A stretch of 64,000 bases of DNA from contig OX597816.1 in the NCBI GenBank assembly GCA_951406725.2, positions 47,616,001 to 47,680,000 of the forward strand. The letters run 5' to 3'. The stretch comes from Octopus vulgaris. Lineage: Eukaryota. Shown piece after piece: positions 14,468-28,400 of this stretch (its first letter is position 1; the number at the start of each line of letters is the position of its first letter). Position numbers and translations under genes: made by a program. A model generated the notes under the pieces. It was not told the DNA's origin, ran no database searches, and saw only the letters and a list, made by a program, of their open reading frames with translations.

Positions 14468-15182
14468 CCCTTTAGCATTCAGATTGGCGTTAGGAAGGGC
14501 ATCAAGCTGTAGAAACCATGCCAAATCAGACTGGAACCTGGTGCAGCAGTCCAGCTTACTAATTTCAGCCAAACCATCTAACCCATGCCAGCATGGATAG
14601 TAGATGCTAAATGATGATGATGTTGATGATTACTCTGTCAAATGTAATGGCTATGTGTTCATATCATTTTAAATTCTGAGACCCCCTTCAGTCACGATAC
14701 AAACCATGGAATTGCACCTCAAAAGTTTCCCTCCCAGGCACAAGTCCGGGCAAGGTTGTTTATGGAAGGCCAGCAGTCGCCCATGCATACCTGCCTCCTC
14801 TCTCCACACCACCAGCGTTATCCAAGGGAAAGGCAAGGGCTGATACAGCTTGGCACCTGTGACGTTGCAACTCATTTCTACAGCTGAGTGAACTGGAGCA
14901 ACGTGAAATAAAGTGTCTTGCTCAAGGACACAACATGCAGCCCAGTCCGGGATTCGAACTTACAACCTCACGATCGTAAACTTGACACTCTAACCATTGA
15001 GCCAAGCACCTTCATTTTAATTTAATTTAATTTAATTTAATTTAATTTTAAATTAATCATGCATTATTTCCCAAATTTGAGATGACACTGTAGGGTAGGT
15101 GTGAAAAGCCAGATCTGACCAGCTTGAAGATAAAACAGGTAGAATATTTTGGCTGGATTTGGCCAGTTTAAATGTTAAAGAG
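14468..15182. mobile_element. piggyBac-like MITE interrupted by an RTE tail and a SINE
   Basis: TTAA|CCCTTTAGCATT...AATGTTAAAGAG|TTAA; reverse-oriented relative of 44646-44864. Confidence 0.7.
14685..15012 (-). mobile_element. tRNA-derived SINE family C
   Basis: Minus-strand TGGCTCAATGGTTAGAG A box and GTTCGAATCCC B box. Confidence 0.8.
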
Positions 15183-15733
15183 TTAAATGTTTGAATGTAT
15201 TCATGTGATTTTTCTTATACAAAGCCAGATTGTCATGCTCACATACACACAAATGCATGCATACAAAGCAAATAAAGAAAAGAGCTGAATGTAGTTGCAT
15301 ATATTGGGTACTGGCCATATTTACTCAACTTGGGAATATAGCCAATGCTCATGATTGATTATAAGAATCTGAAATGGCATGAACCACCACCCCCATGTAT
15401 ACACACGTGTGCACACACATACACACATGCGAATGCATGCACACACACACACACACATACATGTACACACACATCCATGCTCACACAAATTTAAAAACAA
15501 TGCCAAAGTAACAAGATCAATAATGCTTTCTCAATCGGAGCCAAACAGCAGCAAAATTGTAAGAAAGGAGTAAACCATAGCCTATATCATCATATCTTGC
15601 GAGTAATTATGACCAGGTAGCATGTTCTAAAGCTTTAGTAATTGTTTTATGCACCTGTATAGTCATGAACTTACATAGAAATCCTTTCGGTTTATCCAGC
15701 CTTGATTCAATAGAACATAGAAATATGACTGAA

Positions 15734-16060
15734 AAGGCGGCAAGCTGGCAGAAACGTTAGCACGCTGGGTGAAATGCTTAGCGGTATTTCATCTGTTGTT
15801 TCATTCTGAGTTCAAATTCCGCTGAGGCCGACTTTGCCTTTCATCCTTTCGGGGTCGATTAAATAAGTACCAGTTATGCACTGGGGTATTTACAATCGAT
15901 TTAATCCATTTGTCTGTCCGTATTTGTCCTCTCTGTGTTTAGCCCCTTGTGGGTATTAAAGAAATATGTATTTCGTCTGCTGTTACGTTCTGAGTTCAAA
16001 TTCCACCGAGGTCGACTTTGCCTTTCATCCTTTCGGGGTCGATAAAATAAGTACAAGTTA
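15734..16060 (+). mobile_element. SINE family B with partial tandem second unit
   Basis: Match to 63118 copy; body restarts at GTATTTCGTCTG near 15968. Confidence 0.87.
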
Positions 16061-16271
16061 CTAACATATCCATGCATGGTCTTCTGCTCATACATGCTCA
16101 TCCTTTCATCTGATGATATGTTGCAGAATAATCATGTGACTTCTTTGGGCATGTATTTAAGGGATGCTGCACAGGAAGTTGCCTTCCAAGTCTTATGATG
16201 TTATCAGCCTCATGTATCCAAACTTGCTCAAGGGATGCACTTCGACATTTGGTAGTTATGCATGTATGTAC

Positions 16272-16302
<31 letters not shown>

Positions 16303-16782
16303 TGTATGTATGTATGTATGTATGTATGTTTGTGGGTAGATAGGTAGGTAGGTAGGTAGGTAGACTGCTTGAATCATGATCACAAGGAATACCTCTACTA
16401 AATATAATGGTCAGCGAGAGAAATGAACAACACCCTACAATTCTCTCTAGCTCTAATTCTGTTCTCTTACAACATCATTCTATCTGTCTCCACCATTACT
16501 ACTAAACAATGAAGAGAACCCAAACTCAAACTTTACTTCGCATGCTTTTGGATGTATCAAAACCTGCCCGTCAAGGAAAGGTATTTGTAACGTAACGGTA
16601 AATAAATACTTTCTTAAAACTTCATGGAATCTTCATCATTCACATCCTACAGTATGCAATTATAACAACAAATTCTTATTGTCACAACTGTTGACTTCGA
16701 CACATCATAATAATGTTTACCAAACCAATTTCTGCCGTTACAGCTGGTGACCCTCAACTTCAACTAAAAACTTTATCGTTAC

Positions 16783-16814
<32 letters not shown>

Positions 16815-16929
16815 GTGTGTGTGTATTTATGTATGCATGCATGCATGTATGTATGTAGCATGTTTGCATGTATGCATGTTTACATGAATATATGTGTGTA
16901 TTTGTAAATCTGCTTGTATGCATATGAAT

Positions 16930-17372
16930 TACTCTTTTACTCTTTTAATTGTTTCAGTCATTTGACTGCGGCCATGCTGGAGCACCACCTTTAGCTAAAA
17001 CGAATTGACCCCTGGACTTATTCTTTGTAAGCCTAGTACTTATTCTATTGGTCTCTTTTGCCGAACTGCTAAGTTATGGGGACGTAAATTCACCACCATC
17101 GGTTGTCAAACAATGTTGGGGGGACAAACACAGACACACAAACATACACACACACACAGACACACACAGACACACACAGACACACACAGACACACACTCA
17201 CACATACACAGACAGATACACACACACACACATATATATATACGACGAACTTCTTTCAATTTACGTCTACCAAATTCACTCACAAGTCTTTATAGTTGAA
17301 AATATTTGCCCAAGGTGCCACGCAGTGGGACTGAACTCAGAACCATGTGGTTGGTAAGCAAGCTACTTACCA
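16930..17372 (-). mobile_element. SINE family A
   Basis: Match to 12115 copy with internal (CA)n. Confidence 0.87.
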
Positions 17373-18541
17373 GCATGCATGTATGTAGTATGTTTGCATG
17401 TATATATGTGTGTATTTGTAAATCTGTTTGTACTTGTATGAATGTTTACATCCTGTGTATCTTTATGTGATATCATTTGAGCAAAGCAATGACGTCACAT
17501 TTACATTCCCTGTTAACAAAATGCACAGGTATGCAGTGCTTTTGACTAGTAGCATACCCATGGAATAAAAAAAAATCCCCTACATGGAAAACAGTTGAAG
17601 GTTGGGGAAATGGTGAGAGGAAGAACACCCAGTTGTAAAATACTGTCACAAAAAGTTTTTGTCCAACCCATGCCAGCATAGAAAAATAGGTATAAAAACA
17701 CGCAAGCAAATGAATGTGGAGGTACATAAGTAAACATCACATGATTTCTTGTTCACAACTCTACTGATACGGCCTTCTTTTCACTGCAATTAAATCAATG
17801 TTAATGATAAATAATGAATCATTTCATTTGATTTGACGAGAATTATTCTGTTGAGTAATTATACATGATAGCTGCAACGTTTATGTGACAGCTATATTCT
17901 TATGCTAGCTAATAAGTTCATGCTTAATTGATGCTGTAACAAGCCAATTCTAGGTCACAGTTATGATGTAAGTACTGGCTTGGGTGCAGTTACATTGTAA
18001 GAGTATAGCTGTGAAATATGGGCAATAAATGTTGTAGATCTATAGAAGGTGTTTCAGATGCATTAGTATTAGGTGACTTAAGAGAAGCTGAGCTGATTTA
18101 AATAATAAAAAAAGCAATCACTGAATAACCTTTGAAATTGGTTGATTCATGCAGGAGATAGGCATTTATTGCTACAGGTTTATGATTTGAACAGATAATT
18201 CATGCAAGATAGATAAAGTTTTGTGAGTGTGCTGGTGGTGGATGAAATAGTTGTGATGGTGTTGATGTTTGTAGGTAAGTCAGTTAACTGTTGTTATAGG
18301 TGGAGGAGAATCTTTTTATCATTTTAATAATAAAAAAATTAGTGTTTTGAAAGCATTAAAAATTCAGGTCTTCTTTTTTGTAGGATTCTTCGTGGCATAC
18401 TATGCATACACATAAACACACAAAAACTCTTTGATATAGATTGATAGATGGATAGACAGGAGTATAAAAAAATGAAAGGAAAGGCCTCTCATCATGTTTT
18501 GGGAAGCCTCTATTTATTTGTATAAAGAGTTCACTCAGAAT

Positions 18542-18770
18542 ATCTATTTCTTTACTACCCACAAGGGGCTAAACACAGAGAGGGACAAACAAGGACAGAC
18601 AAATGGATTAAGTCGATTATATCGACCCCAGTGCATAACTGGTACTTAATTTATCAACCCCCAAAAAATGAAAGGCAAATTCGACCTTGGCAGAATTTGA
18701 ACTCAGAACGAAACAGCAGACGAAATATGGCTATGCATTTCACCCGGCATGCTAACGTTTCTGCCAGCTC
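18542..18770 (-). mobile_element. SINE family B
   Basis: Reverse-complement match to 63118 copy. Confidence 0.87.
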
Positions 18771-19008
18771 CAGAATACCAACACTTAAAATTTCAAGGAA
18801 GTGAGAAAATTATACCTGATATTTGTCAATGGATGATAAATAAGTTCATTCTCATTGGCTGGTTTTAATCAGACGGTGGAATTATTTGCTGTTTACTGCT
18901 ACTGGCTGCTGAGTACTACTGGATGGTAATAGGGTTGGTATTTTGTAAATGATAAAATGTGGGAAGACAGGAAAATTCCTTCTTGTTCAAGTTAGAGAGT
19001 CTAATATT

Positions 19009-19240
19009 TATTTCTTTATTGCCCATGGGGGTCTAAACACAGAAGGAACAAACAAGAACAGACAAAGGGATTGAGTTGATTACATCGACCCCAGTGCGAA
19101 ACTGCTACTTATTTAATTGACCTTGAAAGGATGAAAGGCAAAGTTGACCTCGGCAGAATTTGAACTCAGAATGTAACGGCAGACGAAATACCGCTTAGCT
19201 TTTCGGCCGGCGTGCTAACGATTCTGCCAGCTCGCCACCC
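19009..19240 (-). mobile_element. SINE family B with 17-bp TSD
   Basis: TTAGAGAGTC(T/C)AATATT on both flanks. Confidence 0.88.
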
Positions 19241-19599
19241 TTAGAGAGTCCAATATTAATAGCAAGATTTTTGAAGAATTATAAAAGAAAGGTTTGTGGA
19301 GGTATCAGTAAGGGTTCATAGAAAATATTAGTAACTAATGACAAACCTATGATTGGCAGTATGACAACAGTTCAAATCTTATATGGTACAGTCCAAACCA
19401 TAAGTCACCAACTAGTTTTCTTCCTTAGATTCAAAGATTTTCATCATAGTATGGAGGATTTAAGAAGAAACGAATCTTGCAGGACGAGAGGCAGAGCTGG
19501 TACACTTGAAATTAGAGCTCATGGTGTAAAGAGTTGGCACAAATACTGCAAGGCATTTAATCTGGTGTTAGCCAATTAGCTAGCCTGTAAAATAAAAAT

Positions 19600-19817
19600 A
19601 ATGATTTCAAATTTTGGCACAAGGCCAGCAATTTCAAGGGAGAGGGCAAGATGGTCACATCAACCCCATTGTTCAGCTGGTACTTATTTTACCAACTCCA
19701 AATGGATAAAAGGCAAAGCTGACCTCAGCAGAATTTGAACTCAGAATGTAAAGACAGATGAAATGTCACTATACATTTTGTCTGGCATGCTAATGATTCT
19801 ACTGGCTTGCTGCCTTA
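19600..19817 (-). mobile_element. SINE family B variant
   Basis: Same head and central domain, different tail. Confidence 0.75.
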
Positions 19818-19859
19818 AGAGTAGTAGTAGTAGTATTAGTATTAGTAGTAGTAGTAGTG

Positions 19860-19916
<57 letters not shown>

Positions 19917-20087
19917 ATGATAATAGTTGCTTCTAATTTAGGCACAAGGTCAGTAGTCTTGAGAAGAGAGATTGGTCGATTACATTGACCACACTGGTAC
20001 TTTATTTTTTATAAAATAAAGTACTAGTCTAGTACTGGATTTGATGTAATCACCTGTTGCCTCTTCCCCCAGCAGCGGCAGCAGCAG

Positions 20088-20280
20088 TGGAGGTGCAATG
20101 GCCCAGTGGTTAGGGCAGCGGACTGGCAGTCGTAAGAATGTGGTTTCGATTCCCAGACTAGGCATTGTGAGTGTTTATTGAGCAAAAACACCTAAGCTCC
20201 ACGAGGCTCCGGTGGGGAAGGGGTGGTGAACCCTGCTGTACTCTTTCACCACAACTTTCTCTCACTCTTTCTTCCTACTT
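20088..20280 (+). mobile_element. tRNA-derived SINE
   Basis: TGGCCCAGTGGTTAGG A box; GTTTCGATTCCC B box. Confidence 0.8.
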
Positions 20281-21629
20281 CTTCCACAAAGCAGAGGAAC
20301 CATGGTGTAACCCACTATGGTGTGGTAAAATTTCAGACCCTAGTCTAGATTGTGAATCCTCTGTACCCCAGGATGGTTCAGCTCTCCACCTGTTAAAAGC
20401 CACTGTTTACGGAATGAGGATAACATTGTAGCTTTTGCGTCCATGCAACCGCAAGTCTATCGCGTGGGGTGGGTGGATTTTCAAGTTGCCACTTGCATTC
20501 TTTGTAGCTTAGAGTAGGCTCGAATTAGAGATTATTTCTTGTGGCTAATGGCGTGAGTCTTGATTGGAAGAAGAAGAAGAAGAAGAGAAAGAAGAAGAAG
20601 AAGAAGAAGAAGAAGAAGAAGAAGAAGAAGAAGAAGAAGAAGAAGAAGAAGAAGACAGCAGCAGCAGCAACAACAACAACAACCATCATTGCTTTATTAA
20701 CCACAGGGTCTCAAAAGGATACAGAAAAGTAAAGTATGGAGAAAGGTTAACTGAGGTGTTTACAAAGGAAGCAAGGGAGGTGGGGGAGTGGTGGGCAAAT
20801 TATACAAAGACAAGGGGAGAAGTGAACACTGTTACACAATATGTAAATTTTAAGGTGAATATATAAAAGCTCAGAAATAACCAAAAATGTACATTGAAAT
20901 TTATAATAAACAAAACAAGATATAGTCACAGAACATGAAACATGAAAGGTTACTGTTTAGGTTAGTTTAGTGGATCCTGTATCTCAGCCTGCCATTGACT
21001 GAATTATTTTGTGTATCTAAAAGTACCAGTCAGCATTTTTTGAGCTGCCTGTGTTGAAAAACATCAGCATCTTCAGGGTAAGATTATTTCAGTTTGTTAT
21101 CATGTCTTAGCTTTGTTTTTACTAACAATCTGTCTTTTGTATCTTGCCAATATTCCAAACCTAACTATGTCTGCTTTATTTCTACATCATTGGAATATCT
21201 ATGGCACCACAGATATAAGATTTATTTGTTAGTTGTTGCTTTGATTTTCGAAGGACAATGAATCTTGAATTTGTCATCTTTTTCATCTTCTTTGTTGTTT
21301 TTCTGAAGAAGTCATCTTTGTTGTGTTTGTCTAAGTTGTTTTCCGTCCCCATCATTTTAGCTGTTTTTTTCTTCTTTGAGACTTTGTTCTGTTTCCTTTT
21401 ATGTTTCCTTGAACAGTCTGTGCCCTTTCATCAGTAATTATTGCCTCTTCCTCAACACACAATGAGGGTGAGGTGCTACTAGTCACTACTATAGAGAATG
21501 GGGTGTTTGCTTGCTTGTTTTTAAGACTGTGCATAGAACAACTTTGCTTGCCATTCCCGGAGTTTTGATTGATGGTGCTTTGGAAACTAAGACTTGCTGG
21601 TCTTGATGCTGCCTCTGATGGCTTTCATT

Positions 21630-21878
21630 ACTCTTTACTCTTTTACTCTTTTATTTGTTTCAGTCATTTGACTGCAGCCATGCTGGAGCATCGCCTTTAG
21701 TCGAGCAAATCGACCCCGGGACTTATTCTTTGTAAGCCCAGTACTTATTCTATCGGTCTCTTTTGCCGAACCACTAAGTGACGGGGACGTAAACACACCA
21801 GCAATGCTAGGGAGACAAACACAGACACACAAACACACATACATATATATATATATATACATATATACGACAGGCTTA
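21630..21878 (-). mobile_element. SINE family A, 3' part
   Basis: Match to 12115 copy. Confidence 0.85.
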
Positions 21879-21986
21879 CCATTTTTTGTTTGTTTTCTTG
21901 GCAACTCTTTCTAGTTCTTCAGGGCAAAAGACACTGAAATACTTTTTAGTATGACAAATGATGTACTTAGGCTTTTTGTTCTACAT

Positions 21987-22341
21987 CAGCGGTTCTCAAC
22001 TGGGATCCATATGGCCCTTGGGGATCCATATAAGATTTTGGCAGGGTCCATGAAACAAAATAGAAAATTGGGTATCCACAATAGTATTTTAAGGGCCCCT
22101 GAAAAAATGTTGTCATTCATGTATGTATTGGTATGTATTGCAAGCAACTGTTAATTTTTCTTTCTCTAACATTTTACATAGTTCAACGAACACACAAGTT
22201 AATATGTGAAAAACAAAATAGGAATTTTGAAAGAAGTTTCTATAATACTAGCTTTTTAGCAGTGAATGGCCATGGGGCAGTCCAACAGAATAAAATAGTA
22301 ATCCAAGAGATCCATAGATAGAAAATGGTTGAGAATCCTTG
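21987..22341. mobile_element. hAT (Charlie-like) MITE
   Basis: CAGCGGTTCTCAAC...GTTGAGAATCCTTG termini; 8-bp TSD TTCTACAT/CTCTACAT. Confidence 0.82.
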
Positions 22342-23601
22342 CTCTACATCATCAAACCCATGTCATTTGTATTAGTATCTTCAGTAGAGCGCAATCCTAG
22401 TATGACTTTGTGGACTTAGGTGGTCTTTAGGACTTGCAAATCCATTTTGATGTCTCCTGACCATACACTTCTCGGATTAGCTTGGCTCTAACTTTTTGTG
22501 CATATTCATCATTTAATGTCCATTTTCCATACTGGTATAGGTAGGATGGTTCAACAAAATCTAACATGCTGCATAGCTGTGTCAGACCCAAATGTCAGCA
22601 TTGGCACGGTTTCTACAGTTGAATGCCCATCCTAACACTAACCATTTCATTGTGTGTACTAGGTGCTTTTTCCATGACACCAACACTTATAAGGCCGCCA
22701 ATCAACTTGCAAGACAAAGAAAAGAAAAGGAAAATATTGACAACCAGCAATGGGTGTACATTGTTTTTCCAATATCTCTTATCATCATCATTATATTTAT
22801 TTGACCATGTACAAGGGCATATTTATAGGCAAAGGTTTTGTTTTGAAATTGTAGCACATAATGCCATAACTTTCCCCCTTATTGGTTGAGAGAATTTCTT
22901 CAGAAACATCTTCAAGTGCTTGTTGTAGTTCTTGTGAAGATAAATTCAACCAAGCTCCATGTTTTCTAAATTGCAGATATACATATTTTCCTTTGCTCTC
23001 TTTTGAATTAGAATTACTGTTTGGCTTCACAAATTTCTCCAAACCATTGTTTCTTGGAATTGTGTTAAGTCTAAAAATTCTTTAAGTTCTGTTTGTTGTG
23101 CAATTGAAGCAGCAATTAGCTTTCGTAGCTCTTCATATAAGCAAATGCTTGCCTCCATGAAAGTGTCACCATTACTGTTGTTGTAACTATCACTATCTTC
23201 GAAATTACCTGTTTGAGTGTTTGGAATATTTTTGATCCATTAATCATTAATTTAAATATCCATATATTCTTATTTTGTTCATTCAATTGTGTATTTTGTT
23301 TTTGTGTAATTTTTTCCTTCTTTGTGGATGCAATGTTCTGTTGTGTTTGTGTTTGAGGGGTACTTTGAAATTGAAAATATTGTGTCAGTAAATAAATGAG
23401 AAAAGGTCAGCAAAAACAAACCTTTTCCTTTCTGTCTACCCCCAGGTAAGGCAGGTAAGATTTCCACAGGTAATTATAATCCTTTATTGCAAGTACTCCG
23501 TAGAAAATTTTGTTTGGTAATAATACAAATAACGTTTATCTTTGGAGTGAAGATAAACACATGTGCATGCTTTGAGAACCAATAATAATAATAATAATAA
23601 T

Positions 23602-23651
<50 letters not shown>

Positions 23652-23956
23652 TGATGATAATAATAATAATAATGCAATAAAGAAGAATAAAATCAACAGC
23701 AACATATAATTCACACATTAGCTGCAAAAACAAACAATGTCAGCGGCACCTGGATACATGCCTGATTACAAATCAAAATATTCTTTTAGTCTATAAGATA
23801 TACTATCTCATGTAAATACAGATATAAGAGAAAAGTTGTTTGCTTAGTACTTAGTAGTAGTAATAGTTTTATATATATATATATATAAATGCACACACAC
23901 ACACATATGTACATATGCATGTGGTATGTATGTGTGTGTTTTCTCACTCTCTCTCT

Positions 23957-24009
<53 letters not shown>

Positions 24010-24035
24010 CACGCATCTAAATACTTATAAATATA

Positions 24036-24076
<41 letters not shown>

Positions 24077-24126
24077 CTACACACAATATATATATGTATA
24101 TATTTATATGTATATATATATATATA

Positions 24127-24157
<31 letters not shown>

Positions 24158-24218
24158 TATATATATATGCACATGTATATATGGATATATATATATATAT
24201 ACATATGTACATGTACAT

Positions 24219-24431
<213 letters not shown>

Positions 24432-24455
24432 CATACATATTCATACATACACACT

Positions 24456-24487
<32 letters not shown>

Positions 24488-25199
24488 CTTACATACATAC
24501 ACACACACACATATGCATGTATTATAAATGCATGTGTAATGTAATTATAAAGTTCCGGCTGTTAATTTGACTCTAATCTTTTGGATAAAAATTCAAAAGC
24601 TGTCATCATCACTACCATCATTCTCACTGCTGATAAATAACCACCATCACTGCCAGCACCGACATCACCAGCAGCAGCAACAGCAGCAGCAGCAGAAGCA
24701 GCAACAGCACCACTGGCACCACCACATTCGTCGTTGGCGTCCTCCTCCTCTTCCTCCTCCTCATCATCATCTTTTACAATGTCATTCTATTGCTCCTCCA
24801 CCATATCACCACCACTACCACCACCCTCGCCACCACCACCACCACCACCCTCACCACATCATCATTATCATCATCACCACCCACCCTCACTACCACCACC
24901 ACCACTATACTCCTGTTCCTCCTCCTCCTCCTCCTCCTCCTTGTTAGTCCTGTTACCACTAATATTGATATTTGTCTTATCACCTATGATAAAATAGTGC
25001 CAGAGCTTTCAGTCATATTACCATCACAACCGTCATCATCATCAATAACATAACAACCAATATTTCCATGATATCATTAAAGAGTGTTGTTATGTTATGT
25101 TACTTAGGACATTGGTGAGTGATGTATTAATGGGAGTAATGATTTACTATGATTTATCATGATTTACTATCATTGTTGTTAGACCTTGCTTAGTTTTAG

Positions 25200-25942
25200 A
25201 GGGTGTTCAGGTTAAATTTGATGATTTTTTATGTCTCTTGTTTTCAAGAACTGATTGCGGTAGAAGGAGTGCGAACAAAAGACGAGGAGTTCCCGTTCCT
25301 TCCTTGTCTACCATGTGATGTCCCATGTATCATGCAAACCAAGTTCTCTCAAACTGTGATGGTCTTTGTGTATGTCACCAGTGGGGGGAGGGATATTATG
25401 CTGCCCCACATCTTTGAACAGGGCCTTAGACTCAATTCAGACAGCTATATGAACCTGTTGTGATCAAACCCTAGTTGGAGAGGGTTGCTATTGGAAGGCC
25501 ATATGTATGGCAGCAGGATTTTGGTCCTTGCCATATCTCTAGAAAGAATCAGAAGTGGTTGATAGAGAATTTCTGACTTCACCTACCCCTAATTTCTGGC
25601 CTTCTAATTCCTCCAATATAATCCCAATTGTCTACTATGTGTGAGGTATATTTGAGAAAGACACCAACAGTTCTGCTTGCAACAACAAGGCTGGTTGTGA
25701 AAATCAAGGATGTGTTCAAAGATCTTCCTAGGGACACAGCAAGGAATGCACATGCCACCTTCCGGAGCTCTCTTAAAGCTGTGCTAGAAGCTGAAGGTAG
25801 CTACCCTGAGAAAACTGTTATCCCCCAGACATAATCTAGTTGATATTTTCGATTTAAAAAAACAAAAAAAAATTTATATTTGAACAGAATATTGTTTGCT
25901 TTTCCTTTTTTATAAACTGTCAAATTTAGCATGAACGTTCTG
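25200..25942 (+). mobile_element. Degenerate Tc1/mariner-superfamily (maT/DD37D-like) transposase fragment
   Basis: Residual TVMVF, GRPYVWQQDFGPCH, FWPSNSSNINP motifs; ends CTG|TA. Confidence 0.75.
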
Positions 25943-26394
25943 TATAAGCTTCTTTTGACAGTCATATATCTTATGAGATAATGATTGTACACCTGGAAAG
26001 TCTTAGTTTGGTCTGTGTTAGTACAGCATAGTAGAAACGATACTGGAATGTACCCTCTCTAAAGTGCAGGCTGGGGCAAGGCTATGTAGGAGGGAATCAG
26101 TCTCAGTCTTCAATACAAAATTGTAGGTATGGGTGTGTGGTTAAGAAGCTTGCTTTCCAGCTGTATGGTTTTTGAGTTCAATCCCATTACAGAATGCTTA
26201 GGACAAGTATTTTCTACTGTAGCTTCAGGCAGATAAAAGCCTTCTGAATGAATATTGTAGAAGGAAAAAAGCCCACCATATTTGTATGTGTGTGTGTATG
26301 TGTTTGTGTATACACGTGCATGTATATGTATGAATATGTCTGTGTGTATGTGTGTGTGTATGTATATATATATATATATATATATACATACGTG

Positions 26395-26628
26395 CAGTAG
26401 AACCTCAGTTTTTGAACAACTCTGATCATGAATAAATTGTACTTTATCTCCTGTCTTTCTCATGTTCATTTAATACAGTAGTACCTCGGTTTATGAATGC
26501 CTCTGATCACGAATAAATTGTGCTTTATATTTTTATATTTATAATTTTTATATTTATATCAATCTCTCTATATATATAAAGCATGATTCATTCACGATCA
26601 GAGTTGTTCAAAAACTGAGGTACTACTG
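26395..26628. mobile_element. Tigger/pogo-like MITE with duplicated left end
   Basis: CAGTAG(A/T)ACCTC at 26395 and 26476; GAGGTACTACTG at 26628. Confidence 0.7.
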
Positions 26629-26682
26629 TGTACATATATATATATATATATATATACAACAGTATATATCATCATCATCATC

Positions 26683-28158
26683 GTAGTCAATCTAGCTAAA
26701 ACCAAAGTCGTAATCAGTAGGAAGGTAGACAAATCACAAACACCTTCAGGTAGATGGCCCTGCTCGATCTGTAGAAAAGGTGTAGGTAGAAACTCTATAA
26801 GATGCACCAAGTGTAAGCTATGGACACATAAGAGATGCAGCAATGTCAAAGGAAGGCTAACTAGGAAGATGGTTTTTGTATGTGGCAGATGCTCAGGAAC
26901 AATAAACACTGAAAATGCTCTGAGACCAACTTCTGTCACTTTCCAGGGAGAAAAACTAGAAATAGTTGATAGTTTCCGTTACCTAGGTGACCAAGTCAGC
27001 AGCGGGGGCGGGTGTGCTGAAAGTGTAACTGCTAGAGTAAGAATAGCTTGGGCAAAGTTCAGAGAGCTCTTACCTCTGCTGGTGACAAAAGGCCTCTCGC
27101 ACAGAGTGAAAGGCAGACTGTATGATGCGTGTGTACGAACAGCCATGCTACATGGCAGTGAAACATGGGCCGTGACTGCTGAGGATATGCGTAAGCTCGC
27201 TAGAAATGAAGCCAGTATGCTCCGATGGATGTGTAATGCCAGTACTCACACTCGGCAGAGTGTAAGTACCTTGAGAGAAAAGCTGGACCTAAGAAGCATC
27301 AGTTGTGGTGTGCAAGAGAGACGTTTGCGCTGGTATGGTCATGTGGCGAGAATGGATGAAGATAGTTGTGTGAAAAAGTGCCACACCCTAGCGGTTGAGG
27401 GAACCTGTGGAAGAGGCAGACCCAGGAAAACCTGGGACGAGGTGGTGAAGCACGACCTTCGAACTTTAGGTCTCACCGAGGAAATGACTAGAGACCGAGA
27501 CCTCTGGAAGTGTGCTGTGCGCGAGAAGACCCGGCAGGACAAGTGAGTCCACAACCCGTGGCCTTCTACATGGGATGGAGCCAGCCTACGTATGCATACC
27601 TTCCCTTCTTGGGACACAAAACTCTACTTGTGAAGACGTGTTGAGGCAAGTGAGGATCAGAATCGAAATCGATCAATGGAAATTGCGGATGTGCTACCAG
27701 TGCCGGTGGCATGTCGAAACTCTGCTTGTGAAGACCCATTGAGGCAAGTGAGGATCAGAATCGAAATCGATCAATGGAAATCGATCAATGGAAATTGCAG
27801 ATGTGTTACCAGTGCCGGTGGCATGTAAGAGAACCTTCCGTTTCGCGACCGTTGCCAGCACCGCCCCGTTTCGTGTTCGTTGCCAGCCTCGCCTGGCCCT
27901 CGTGCCGGTGGCACATAAAAAACACCATCCGTTCGTGGCCGTTTGCCAGCTCTGGCTGGCACCAGTGCGGGTGGCACGTAAAAAGCACCCACTACACTCA
28001 CGGAGTGGTTGGCGTTAGGAAGGGCATCCAGCCGTAGAAACACTGCCAGATTTGACTGGGCCTGATGAAGCCTTCTGGCTTCACAGACCCCAGCAGAACC
28101 GTCCAACCCATGCTAGCATGGAAAACGGACGCTAAATGATGATGATGATGATGATGAT
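26683..28158 (+). mobile_element. 5'-truncated RTE-clade LINE with 3' UTR and (GAT)n tail
   Basis: Open frame 26683-27546: VNLAKTKV, EIVDSFRYLG, LHGSETW, RRLRWYGHV, RGRPRKTW; tail shared by many fragments in window. Confidence 0.92.
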
Positions 28159-28239
28159 ATATATATATATATATATACGTATGTATGTATGTATGTATGT
28201 ATGTATAAAGTGTTTGAAGTGGTGTACAGATATCATATA

Positions 28240-28400
28240 TTGAGAAAAAGAGGCAGTCAGAATGTTGGATAATCCTTTATTAGAGCTTTCATTCATTTCC
28301 GAACTCGTCAAGACAAAATCATTCTCTTGACGAGTTTATAAATGAAATGAAAGTGAAAATATAGGATTATCCAACATTCTCACTGCCTCCTTTTTTCTCA

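Noticed and set aside
27648-27680. GAAA-TCGA-TC in the RTE 3' UTR resembling a hammerhead 3' half
   Set aside because: No proper CUGANGA core or stem II
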